From positions 83,488,017-83,552,016 of the forward strand of contig JASCQW010000072.1 in assembly GCA_030264375.1 (NCBI GenBank): a DNA stretch of 64,000 nt. Reading direction: 5' to 3'. The notes below the pieces were generated by a model. It ran no database searches. It had not been told where the DNA came from and saw nothing but the letters and a program-made list of their open reading frames with translations. Below are positions 24,339 to 34,971 of this stretch, in pieces (positions within the stretch are counted from its first letter, which is position 1; every line of letters starts with the position of its first letter). The position numbers and the translations under genes are program-made. The DNA is from Carcharhinus longimanus. Its lineage: Eukaryota.

Positions 24339-24625
24339 CTGGAATATGGATGAAGGGGAGGTGGGAGATGGAAAAAGAATCAATATTTATTAACTATTGA
24401 AAATCAAGACCAGCTCAGCACAAACAATTGCTTAAAATGGGGAAAATAAATCTCCATTCTTGCTCCCTTGGAAGCTTGTTTCACAATGACCCAACAGATA
24501 GATTTAAAAGGCCCAGGTCTGATCCCTCGTTTGTGTTTAGTTATCTGAGGCAGCGGTAAGCTCTATTATGCAGAATGAAGCAAATACCAAGTCAAGCTTA
24601 GCTGCAATTGTTGTTATTATTAGGG

Positions 24626-24952
24626 GCCAACACGATGGCACAGTGGTTAGCACTGCTGCCTCACAACACCAGAGACCTGGGTTCAATTCTGGCCACGGGT
24701 CACTGTCTGTGTGGAGTTTGCACATTCTCCGCGTGTCTGCGTGGGTTTCCTCTGGGTGCTCCAGTTCCCCCCCACAGTCCAAAGATGTGCGGGTTAGGTT
24801 GACTGGCCATGCTAAATTCACCCTAGTGTCAGGGGATTAGCAGGATAAACAGGTGGGGTTACGGGGTAGGGCCTGGGTGGGATTGTGGTCGGTGTAGACT
24901 TGATGGGCCGAATGGCTTCCTTCTGCATTGTAGGATGCTGTGACTCTATGAC
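24626..24952 (+). mobile_element. HE1-like V-SINE, tail A, full length
   Basis: Full head, V-domain and tail: gcacagtggttagcactgctgcc...gggccgaatggcttccttctgcattgtagg...tctatg. Confidence 0.93.
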
Positions 24953-25589
24953 TATGGCTGCAAGATTTGGAGGCCCATTCAAAAGTCTGTTGATTTTCAG
25001 TGGGACTAGACAATCGTGGGAGTGGACGGAGCTGGAAAAGCCCAACTGGCAAGTCTTTGTTACTCCAATATAGTTATAAATTTCCTCATGATATTCCAAT
25101 TGCAAAGATTAGAATAAAGGCTTGCCATTTGGTGAATTTCATTGCAAATTGAGAAAGGCAGGAGCTTCGAGGGAAACAGTTAGTGATGTGCTTCCACCAC
25201 TTCATGTCCACGTGTCCTGCAAATGTGTGGAAAAAATGTTCTGGCAATTAATCTTGAACTCAACAAAAGCCACTTGTTTCATTAAGGTCTCAGTGCAGCA
25301 GATGTAATCACTCGGGAGGGACAAACATTCTCATGGTAACATGGTACTAATATCGTGGATTTCTCAGAATAAGCCTTTGGCAGCATTTGAATCTTTCTCA
25401 AATCCTTCTCTGCAAAAGAGGCAGCACCTCGCCGATAACAAACAAGAGAAAGCTTTTCAGTTTAACACTTCTGAGGCAGCAGCCATAGAGACAGCAACTC
25501 CAAATAAAGATTCGCAAGATAATGTAGATTGATCCGCCCCATATTATATTTCAGATAATAGCCTCTTTGAAAAATAAATCAAACACATT

Positions 25590-25872
25590 ACGGTGGCACA
25601 ATGGTTAGCACTGCTGCCTCACAGCCATGATGTGGAGATGCCAGTGTTGGACTTACCCCCAGTGCCTCACAGTGCCAGGGACCTGGGTTCGATTCCCGGC
25701 GTGGTCACTGTCTGTGTGGAGTTTGCACATTCTTCCCATGTCTGCATGGGTTTCCTCCAGGTGCTCCAGTTTCCTCCCACAGTCTGAAAGACGTGCTGGT
25801 TAGGGGCATTGGCTAAATTCTCCCTCAGTGTACCCCAACAAGCGCCAGAGTGTGGTGACTAGGAGATTTTAC
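25590..25872 (+). mobile_element. V-SINE, tail B, with a 38-nt internal insertion
   Basis: Head interrupted at a tgcctcacag duplication; V-domain and B-tail start (ttctccctcagtgtacc) present. Confidence 0.88.
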
Positions 25873-26047
25873 TAAGAACATAAGAACATAAGAAATAGGA
25901 GCAGGAGTAGGCCATCTGGCCCTTCGAGCCTGCCCCGCCATTCAATANNNNNNNNNNNNNNNNNNNNNNNNNNNNNNNNNNNNNNNNNNNNNNNNNNNNN
26001 NNNNNNNNNNNNNNNNNNNNNNNNNNNNNNNNNNNNNNNNNNNNNNN

Positions 26048-26165
26048 GCACCCGGAGGAAACCCACGCAGACACGGGGAGAATGTGCAAACTCCACACAG
26101 ACAGTGACCCAAGCCGGGAATCGAGTGCGGGTTCCTGGCACTGTGAGGTGCCACTGTGCTGCCTC
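26048..26165 (-). mobile_element. V-SINE 5' half next to an N-gap; CR1 tail (aagaacataagaacataag) on the other side of the gap
   Basis: gcacccggaggaaacccacgcagacacggggagaatgtgcaaactccacacagac. Confidence 0.85.
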
Positions 26166-27339
26166 AAATGTTCCCAGTTACTGAATTAAATCCTTGAATA
26201 TCTGTGAGGGGGGGGGAGTAAAAACCACTCCTCTTTAAATGCAGCCCTGCATTTTGTTAGAGCGCATCTCCAGTTCTGAACTGACCATTCTTTCAGGCGG
26301 CTAATTCCTGATCACAGCTCTGCTTGACAAAAAAAAGCAGCCTTCCCTCACATCTCCCCTGCCTTCTGTCTCCAGTCTCCTGTGACCTTAGCGAATTTAC
26401 TCAAATCGCCCATTTTCGAAGGGAGGCCATTGACCCGAAATGTCCACTCGGTTCCTCCCTCCCGGGCCTGCTGAGAATTCTCCAGCATTTTCTACTCTGC
26501 CTCCTGGCATGTGCAGTGTTTTTGGGATGTGGGATCCGGGAGCTGGAAGCCCGCGACGACAATAATACGAGGGTCGGGCCAAAGAACAGGGAAAAAAAAA
26601 ATCAAGCCTGGGTAAACATGTTTTGAAGCCTCGATAAAATAGCGCTGAACTTATTGGAGGAATTAAGTGCAGCTCTTGGCTGGTTTAAGTTCCATGTGTT
26701 TAGATCACAACCATTAGAAGGACAGGCTACACGGCATCACCCAAATTTCCTAGTAACCAGTACACACGCTATCAAAACAAAGGAAAAGGCCATGAACCAA
26801 ATATGCACTGGATGTTTGCCAGTGCTGCGCAGCTCCTTCCCGCTGCTGCTGCTGTGTGAACATCACACTCACTACCTTAAAGGGAAGAAAACAAGAAGAG
26901 GTGCACATTGTGATGCTACGGTAGCGAAACATAGTTGGAACACAGAGGCCGATATCTTTTTTTTAATAGCCGCTGAATCACTTCTTCAGATTCTCAGAGA
27001 AGGCTGCACCAACTCGTTTGCCAAATAAAACATTAAACATTGTCACCGTTAACTGCCTGGGGATACGACATGAGGCAGAATCCCGTTCCGTCTGACTGCC
27101 TCGCTCAAAGGACCCATTGCTTTGTTGTTAAAAAGAAACACAGATCAGAGGCGTATCTTGGTCTACCTGCAAAAGGAATGGGAGCCCCTGCGTCTACCGG
27201 GGCCCAGTCCGCAAATCATAGTTTTAAAATCCAGCCACCAGCTAATCTTACAAACGTTTAGCTTTTCTGCTTTTGCATTCAGTTTATTATATTACAGTGA
27301 AGTTCACCAGCACTGCAGAGATCCAGTGTATTATCATTG

Positions 27340-27720
27340 AATTAAACAATGCAGCAGGAGGCCATTTGGCCCATTAAGTCTGCACCCACCACAATTCCAC
27401 CCAGGCCCTATCCCCATCACCCCATGGATTTACCCTAGCTAGTCCCCTTGACACGAAGGGTCAATTTAACATGGCCAATCCACCTAACCCACACATTTCT
27501 GGGACTGTGGGAAGAAACTGGAGCGCCCAGAAGAAACCCACGCAGATATGGGGAGAATGTGCAAACCTGAAGAAGAGGGAAACCCCTCGAGAGCTAGTGA
27601 GTTTACTATCAAATAAATCGGTTGGACTTAAACCTGGTGTAGTCAGACTTTTTACTGTGTAAACTCCACGCAGACAGTGACCTAAGGCCGGGAAATCGAA
27701 CCTGAGTCCCTGGCGCTGTT
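27340..27720 (-). mobile_element. V-SINE, tail A, carrying an 89-nt Penelope-like insertion (27567-27655)
   Basis: gcaggaggccatttggccc...gggagaatgtgcaaac[insert]tgtgtaaactccacgcagacagtgacc. Confidence 0.88.
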
Positions 27721-28343
27721 CAGGAACTTAGGGGACTGTCAAATGATGGATTGGTTCTGTGTTCAAAATATCGGCTGCGAAACAGTCTCAAGCTGGGGAG
27801 GACAGAGAGTCCCAGTGTCAGCAGTCAGTTGGGTCGGCTGTGCGGTGACAGAATGTGCAGTTGCTATCTAACATTTGCCACAAGAGGGCAGAGCTGCTTG
27901 CTTTCTGCTCAATGTGATGAGAGTGCAGATTCTCAGCCAGAGTAAAGCAGCGTTTCGGAGCCTATTGTCCTTACATTTCAGTGTGCTCTGAAGTAACACA
28001 GGGCAGAAAGAAACGGGAACAGGTTGCATACGAAGCAGTGCCCATGCTTTCTATTTGCTTTCCTTCCCTTTTTTTTTGGGGTGTGGGCAGCATAGACTGA
28101 ATAAAATCTCAATGCACTTTGATATACAAGTCTCTTCCCCCCCCCCCCCACTGATTGGAGTTTGATAATTCCCTTCTGTCCCTCAATTTTCTGAAACACA
28201 AACAACTGAGCAACCACAACCCTCTGGGGTAGAGAATTCCACAGATTCCCAGTGCCGGGGTGAAGAAATTTCCCCTCATCTCAATCCCAAATCCAATAAA
28301 TATTAAGATGGCGTCCGAGTGTGGCAACCTCTTTGTGAGCTGA

Positions 28344-28640
28344 GGTGGCACCGTGGTTGGCGCTGCTATTTCACAGCGCCAGGGACCCCGGTTTGATTCT
28401 GGCCTTGGGTCACCGTCTGTGTGGAGTCTGCACGTTCTCCCCGTGTCTGCATAGGTTTCCTCCCACACTCCAAAGATATACGGGTTAGGTTGATTGGTCA
28501 TGTTAAGTCGCCCCTTAGTGTCAGGGGGATTAGCAGGGTAAATATGTGGGGTTATGGGGATAGGGCCTGTGTGGGATTGTGGTCGGTGTAGACTTGATGG
28601 GCCGAATGGCTTCCTTCTGCACTGTAGGGATTCTATGACT
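28344..28640 (+). mobile_element. HE1-like V-SINE, tail A
   Basis: ggtggcaccgtggttggcgctgct...gggccgaatggcttccttctgcactgtagggattctatga. Confidence 0.9.
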
Positions 28641-29439
28641 TTATGATATTCATTTGTGGGCATTGAAGGCAGGGCCTGGATTTATTGCCTGTCCTGAATT
28701 GCTCTCGAGGTGGTGGTGAATGCTGGATGTCTTGAGAGAACCTCAAAGTCAAGCGGAGTCTGGAGTCACATCTGGACCAAATTGAGAAAAGATGACAGAT
28801 TTCCCTTCCCTAAAAGGATATTCCTGGGATTGACAGGTCTTTACAATAGTCCAGTTGTTACAAGACCACCTTCATGGACTGATTCTAGTTTTTTTTTAAC
28901 TTCTGGATTTATTTACTTAACTGAATTTAAGTTCCCCAGCTGCATCGGTACTTTCCAAGGAATGAGTCAAGGCCTCTGGATTACAGAGCACAATTTCTAC
29001 TCTACCCATGTAGATTCCCAGGATAGAATGATCTCAAGTCATTCACTGGAACTGGGCGTGGCTGGAATGTGGGAGGATTGGAGATTAATGGATGTGTTTA
29101 AGGGGAAGCTGGAGAAATAAAGAAATCAAAAGTTTTATGGATAGGTTTAGGTGAAGAAGGATCTGAGGATGCTTATATGGAGCAGAAGCACCAGCAGGGA
29201 ACTGGTGGGCTGAATGGCCTGCTTCTATGCTGTGCATTCTGTGCAAATATATGTAAAAAAAAACAGAAAAATGTTCAAAGTTTGAAGCAGGTCAATGGAA
29301 TAGACAGGTTTACATTTCAGTGCAAAGTCTTCTTCAAAACTGAAAAATAAAATGCAGACTACATAATCAGAAACAGAGGCAAGGAAAATATACATTGGCC
29401 TGAATATTCTGATGGCAAATTAATGCGATACTTTGAGAC

Positions 29440-29548
29440 ATTCAGCTCTGAAGAAGGGTTATCCAGACTTGAAACATTAGCTCTATTTTCTCCCCACAGT
29501 TGCTATCAGACCTGCTGAGATATTCCAACATTTTCTGTTTTTGTTTGA
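29440..29548 (+). mobile_element. Penelope-like terminal repeat remnant with hammerhead-like core
   Basis: ctgaaga-agggttatccagactt-gaaac followed by ttctccccacagttgctatcagacctgctgag...ccaacattttctgtttttgttt. Same family at 53935-54065 (-), 26410-26500 (+) and 29255-29345 (-). Confidence 0.6.
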
Positions 29549-29988
29549 GTCGTTCACTGCTGTCACACGTCAGGACCCGAAGGAAGTGTCACGTGAACAC
29601 ATGCGTGGTACTTACGCCCAGCGTTTAAACTTCCAAAAGACAAAGATATGCTGCCTGGTACCCTCTGTGAATATCGACCACTGTCAGAGACTTGGGGGTT
29701 AGATGCCCTGAACCTGCCCAGAAGTCTACTCAAAGCTACTCTCACTGTCAATTACAGGCATAGGCCTCAGTTTGAAAGTAATTAATAGCAGAGTCTGGAA
29801 TGGGAAGACTACAAGAGGTGTGTTGAACAATTAGCACCATTAGCCCTGGCTATGGATGATCACACCATCTGCACTCCAACAATTCTGGCCTTTCATGCAT
29901 CTCTGATTTTAACCATTCCCCAACTAGTGGCTGTACCATCAGCTCCCAAATATTGAGAATTTGAATTCCCTCCCTAAACCTTTATCTC

Positions 29989-30257
29989 TGTAATAACCCT
30001 CATCCCCCAACCTGGCACAGGGAATCCCTGATTGTCTTCCCAGTGAGGCTTGTAGAATATGAGTTCCCGTAGTGATATGTAATTATCTTAACAGGTGGAA
30101 CTTGTATACTGAGCCCGTTATAAAGCAGGCCCCTAAGCAGGTCCATTATTGTATCATTCCAGTTGGGATCTGTACGTGTTCATCACAGGCTTGTGGTTTT
30201 ACTTTTGCTTTGTGCGATAAAGCACTTTCCTTCACAGCTGATTCTTGAGTTATTACA
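29989..30257 (+). mobile_element. Solo LTR, 269 bp, inserted in an L2-like 3' fragment
   Basis: Perfect 9-bp terminal inverted repeat TGTAATAAC...GTTATTACA; 5-bp flanks atctc/atatc; TTATAAA at ~30119. The host text ccctccctaaacc | ccttcaagg...aaaacctacctctttg resumes on both sides. Confidence 0.75.
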
Positions 30258-31429
30258 ATATCCTTCAAGGTCCTCCCTAAAACCTACCTCTTTGGCCAAA
30301 CATTTGGCTACCTGTGATAATGTCCCCTTACATATCTTGCTGTCAATTCACAAACCTGTGAAGCTACCTTGGAATGTTTTACTCCTTTACAGGCGTTAAA
30401 TAAATACAAGTTGATTTAGTAGTTGTTTATTCAGAATTTGTTAATCTCAGCAAGGGCACGCAGGAAGTAGCTACATTTGGTCTCAATTTCTATGGGATGA
30501 GTTTGGAGTGGGGAGGGGTGCATGAAGATAAATCAGCCAGGGTTTTTTGACCATTATCTAATAACCCCTGATGGAGGAAGCGACTGAATGAAGATCGGCT
30601 GATGACAGATCAGCTGTGATACCCTCCTCAGCTTGCTGAGTGAAGTGGCAAGGGCCACCAGTTTCTCTTTGAACATACTCCAAAAAAAAGGGCCTTCCTG
30701 AGGGAAGAGGAGAAAGTTTTCAAAGATAAATTTACAAAAGGAATTAAGTATTGTGGGAACGGTTTTTACTTACAAAACACACCAACACAGTTTTGGGAAG
30801 CATACAGTCTGGCATGTGACACAAATACCACTCAGAAAGCCAACAAAGGACATCCGATTCACAAGTGTCTTTCTCTGGTTATGTGGTCAGGTTGGCTTGT
30901 GGCATTAAGGTGGTACCCACAGTTTCAGCAGTGTATCCTGTACACAGCAACCCGAGCAAAGAATGCACGAGAATCTACTCGATACGCATGTGGCTATAAT
31001 ATGTGTATATAATGTGTGTTGGGGTTTGGGGTGTAACTATCCCTTTAAGAGTGTGGGTCAGGTGACCCTTGGGGGATTAGATCCTCCCTGTGTGGGACTG
31101 GTTGTGCAGTCTGAGATCTGACAGTGGAACAGTGCGCACCTAAATCAAGAGTTCCCAGTGTTCAAGTTATCTCATCAGGTTGATAGGTGCATATATAACA
31201 GCAGCCAGTGCAAATGCTCAAAAGCAACTCATTCCGAGTCACTGCTTTCGCTGCTGCACCTCCAGTGGAAGGAGCCGAGCACCACACTCCAAAAAAAGCT
31301 CTAAACTGTACGTCACGTCACCTCCGGATATTGCTCATTTGCATCCAGATTTTGCTCCTTTCCATTGATAAAAAGGCAGCCTGCACCACCCTATGACAGG
31401 ATCTGGATAGCATGCAAGCTACAACTGTA

Positions 31430-31775
31430 GGTCAGTGGTCAAACACTCCCCCCTCCCAGGTCAGAAGTTTGCACTTTAAAATCCCACTCCAGGAACTCAA
31501 GAAAAAAATTTAGATTAACAATCCAATGGAGTACTGGTTAGGAGGTTAAACTGGGACTTGTCAAAGACCCTGTGGCTTTAGTTTGAAGGAGGGTTGGGGA
31601 GTCCTTCTCAATACTCTGTCCAATTTTAATCCTTTAACTGAGAGCTTATCTGCTCATTGCCATTGCTGCTATTTGTGGAGTACATTAAATCGACTGTCAT
31701 ATTCAAGTAGCAACTACACTTCACAAGGAGTTATTTTTCTGAAAGCGCTTTGGGAATGTTCTGATGCTGCAAGGC
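31430..31775 (+). mobile_element. Old DeuSINE-like SINE (AmnSINE1/SacSINE1-type central domain), decayed
   Basis: aaagaccctgtggc...ttgaaggaggg...ggagtcc...ttatctgctcattgccattgctg...actacacttcac...aaagcgctttggga. A related 3' fragment lies near 3350-3430. Confidence 0.5.
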
Positions 31776-31949
31776 TCTTTTTTTTAGAAAGAGCCAGGCA
31801 ATGATGGGAGTCCTTTCTTGTTTGGGACAATCACATTCTTTCTGATCTTTGCTTTTACCATTGCTAACTTCCCCCACACTAAAATCCCAGAGGTTTACCA
31901 TTGATCAGAATTTACTGAACAAGTCACATCAATGCTATACCAACAAGAG

Positions 31950-32400
31950 GGCAGAAACTAGCTGCAACAATACTCAGAAACCTCCACATGGTACTGGATA
32001 GCATAGCTTGTTTGATCAGTGTCTCCGTCACTGAATTCAATATCCTCTGCACTGTGCCTGCACTCTATTATCTACAGGATGCATTGCCACAACTGGCCAA
32101 GTATCTCTCAACACTACTTCCTGGCTTCATGACCTCTACCACCAAGAAGGATGAGGAGGAAGATCATGTCAACGTTGTAACCTTCAACTTCCCTGCGAAG
32201 CCACACACTAGCCTAACTTGGATATACACCACCCTTGAGTCGTCATCAAGGCCAAAAACCCTCAAGCTCCTGACCGAACACCACTGTGAGAATATCAGCA
32301 TGTGGATTCCAGTGGTTCAGGGGACAGTTCCACCAGCAGCTTCTCAGAGACACTAGGAGCTGAGAACACATGGCCTGGTCAGTGTTGCCTGCACACCGAG
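31950..32400 (+). mobile_element. Decayed LINE 3' fragment (same family as 39560-40143)
   Basis: DSIACLI...YYLQDALPQLAK-type remnant followed by a caccagcagcttctcagagacactagg tail. Confidence 0.6.
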
Positions 32401-32846
32401 AACATTAATCAAAATGGCTTCAACAGAACCCATAACCTTGATTCTTAATTAAGCTGACATTCAGAATTTTACTGGCAATGTTATTAGATCTATTCTGCCA
32501 CACTCAGTTTAGGAATCTCCACAATTCACTGCAAACACTTAATCAAAACTGACAACTTCCAGCTCTCTCCCTTCCTAAAATATGCTGGGTTCCTGTTCCA
32601 CAGGCACTAATAATCCAATAATACGTGACCCAACAAGATTCTTAAGGTGTGACCTGAAGAGAGAGTGTTAGTATGTTATTTATGGCTGAACTCAAATGTT
32701 GCCATTATATCCTGACTGCTTTTGCAATTTCCAGAAGGGCCTCCCGAATCATGATCAGCAGCAAGAGCCTCGACTGATGTTATAATTCTTCTAGCTCAGG
32801 GATGACAAAATCAATTATAACATATGCACCATATTTTAGTTGAGAT

Positions 32847-33135
32847 CATAGAATAATAGAATCCTTACCTTGCAGAAGGAGGCCATTCAGCTTATCAGTC
32901 TTGTACTGAACAATCCCATCCAGGCCCTATCCCTGTAACCTCACATATTTGCCCTGCTAATCCCCCTGACACCAAAGGGCAATTTAGCATGGCCAATCAA
33001 CCTAACCTGCACAGCTACAGGCTGTGGGAGGAAATGGCAGCACCTGAAGGAAACCCATGCTGACATGGGTGCAATCTCCCCACAGACATCCATCCAAGGT
33101 CGAAATCAAATCTGGGTCTCTGCACTGTGAGGCAA
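32847..33135 (-). mobile_element. HE1-like V-SINE, tail A
   Basis: catagaataatagaatcc...gcagaaggaggccattcagc...gggcaatttagcatggccaatc...gcactgtgaggca. Confidence 0.88.
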
Positions 33136-33324
33136 TCACCCAATACAGCACAGATTTGGGAACAAAACCTGGGCGCTCCATCTGGTCTGCATGATCCAGA
33201 ACTTACATTGGGCAGACAATTAGCTTAAGCTATCAGATGGGCCATTCTTCAAATTCAAACCCTCCCAGAGCACAGGAGCGGGGACTTCTCCCTTAACTTT
33301 CAATCTCTTTAAGGCTGGGAGCTG

Positions 33325-34770
33325 AATACACAAAAACAGAAGAAATAGCAGCAGGAGTAGATCCACGCCCACTGCCCTGAGCCTATTCCACCTTTCAATG
33401 CAATCATGGTTGATCCTCGGCCACAATTTCACTACCTCTCTGAGGTAGAGAAGTCCACATTTTTGAAATCTTCGAGTGAAGTGATTTCTCTTCATTGCAG
33501 TTCTAAATGAACAATCCCCTTATTCTGAGATTGTGCCTCTGTGTTCTAGATTCCCCAGCCAGAGCAAATAGCCTCTCAGTTCCTACCGTCAAGGCTCTTC
33601 AAAGTCGTGTATGTGTCAATGAGATCACCTCTAATTCTTCTAAACTGCAGAGAATGTAGGCTCAGTTTACTCAGCCTCTTATCATGGATCAACCTTCCTA
33701 TCCCAGGAACCAATAGGTCAACCCTCCTATCCCAGGAACCAATCTAGTGAACCTGGGCTCTACTGTCTCCAAGGTGAGTTTATCCTTCCTTTGACATGGA
33801 GATTGAGGCCCGGATGTTACGCTGTTCACATGGCCGGATTTTCCCATCCTGCTGCAGTGATGGAAATTTGGCTGGGCGTCAAATTTTCCGACTTCACTGC
33901 AGCGGGAGCATGGCGTGAATGGCCAGTAAAATTGCACCCCAAAACTTTAAACAGTACTCAAGGTGTAGTCCCAAAGTGCAAGATGTTCTTGCATTCCAAC
34001 CCCTTTCCAATAAGGACAATATGCAATTTGCTTTCCAAATTACTTGCGTGCCCGCATGTTAACTTTGTGTGTTCTTTGTGTGAGTACATCCAAGTCCCTC
34101 TGAACATCAACAGTTACATGTTTTACACCTTTTAAAACATTTTCTGCTTTTTTACTCTTACTACCAAAGTAAATAACCTCACATTTTCCCATATTACAGA
34201 GCAACTTGCTACACACTTGACCTTTTTACAGCTTTTTTGTGACTGCCTCACAGCTTACATTCCCATTTAGCTTTGTGTCATCGGCAAATGTGGATATATT
34301 ACTCACAGTCTCTTTGCCTAGATTGTGTATAGTGAAGTCCCCAGTGCTGATCCTTGAAGCACTTCACTAGTTAAAGCCTGCCAACTTGTATTTTCGTAAC
34401 ATTTATCCTCACACTCTGGTTCCTGTCCTGTCCAGTCCTCTGTCCAAGTTACTACTACCTTAACTCCATTAGTCCATAGCTAGTGAAGGAACCTTTCTGT
34501 AGCACCTTACTGAATGCCTTCTGGAAATCCAAGTATACTACATCGATTGATTGCCTTTAATCTCAAAAAATTAATAAATTTGTCAAATATTATTTCACTC
34601 ACAAAACCATATTGGTCCTATCATATCATACAATGTTCTAATTAAGATTTATTTAATCATATGTTCCAGCATTTTCCCGAAGACCGATGTCAGCCTAACT
34701 GCCAGTAGTACCTAGTTTTCTTTCTCTCCTCTTTCCTGAATAATGATGTTACGTTGTTTAACTTCCAATC
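33325..34770 (-). mobile_element. Decayed CR1-like LINE with nested hairpin MITE (~33806-33940)
   Basis: CR1 tail (gaaatagcagcaggagtag), ETVEPRFTRLVPG and VPVDWKLNNVTSLFRKEERKK..Y (CR1 ORF2 motifs). Confidence 0.85.
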
Positions 34771-34971
34771 CACTGGCACCATTCTAGAATTGTACCAATG
34801 TTCCCTGATGGCATGGGCAAAACTGGGAAAGAGTATCAGAGTAACTTTCTTAAGAACAGCAAGCTTGTGGAAAGTTACACAGATTATACTATTCCACACT
34901 AAATGGAGATCAGTGGCAGGAAATTCTACACTGAGTAAGCCAGTGCTGACTCCTCAAAACCTTTCCACCAT

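Noticed and set aside
23966-24400. 144-aa Leu-rich + strand ORF that looks like a membrane or signal protein
   Set aside because: It is the in-register antisense shadow of the GAG/CAG/AAG-rich LSP1 exon (CTC/CTG/CTT = Leu); no independent evidence.
24630-24700. tRNA genes at the SINE heads (A-box ggcacagtggttagc, B-box ggttcgattcc)
   Set aside because: Each continues into the V-domain and a LINE-derived tail; these are tRNA-derived SINE promoters, not tRNA genes.
28109-28663. 184-aa ORF and many similar ORFs with VWSLHILPVSAWVSSG or EETHADTGRMCKLHTD
   Set aside because: Translations of V-SINE copies in various frames; not genes.
30989-31177. Possible small solo LTR (ccctttaag, ggtcaggtgacc motifs)
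   Set aside because: No convincing terminal inverted repeat or TSD; cannot support boundaries.
33688-33748. Short local tandem duplications (29 nt here; 21 nt at 48185-48232; cagttacccaa at ~23850)
   Set aside because: Ordinary slippage duplications, the first two inside decayed LINEs; no further structure.
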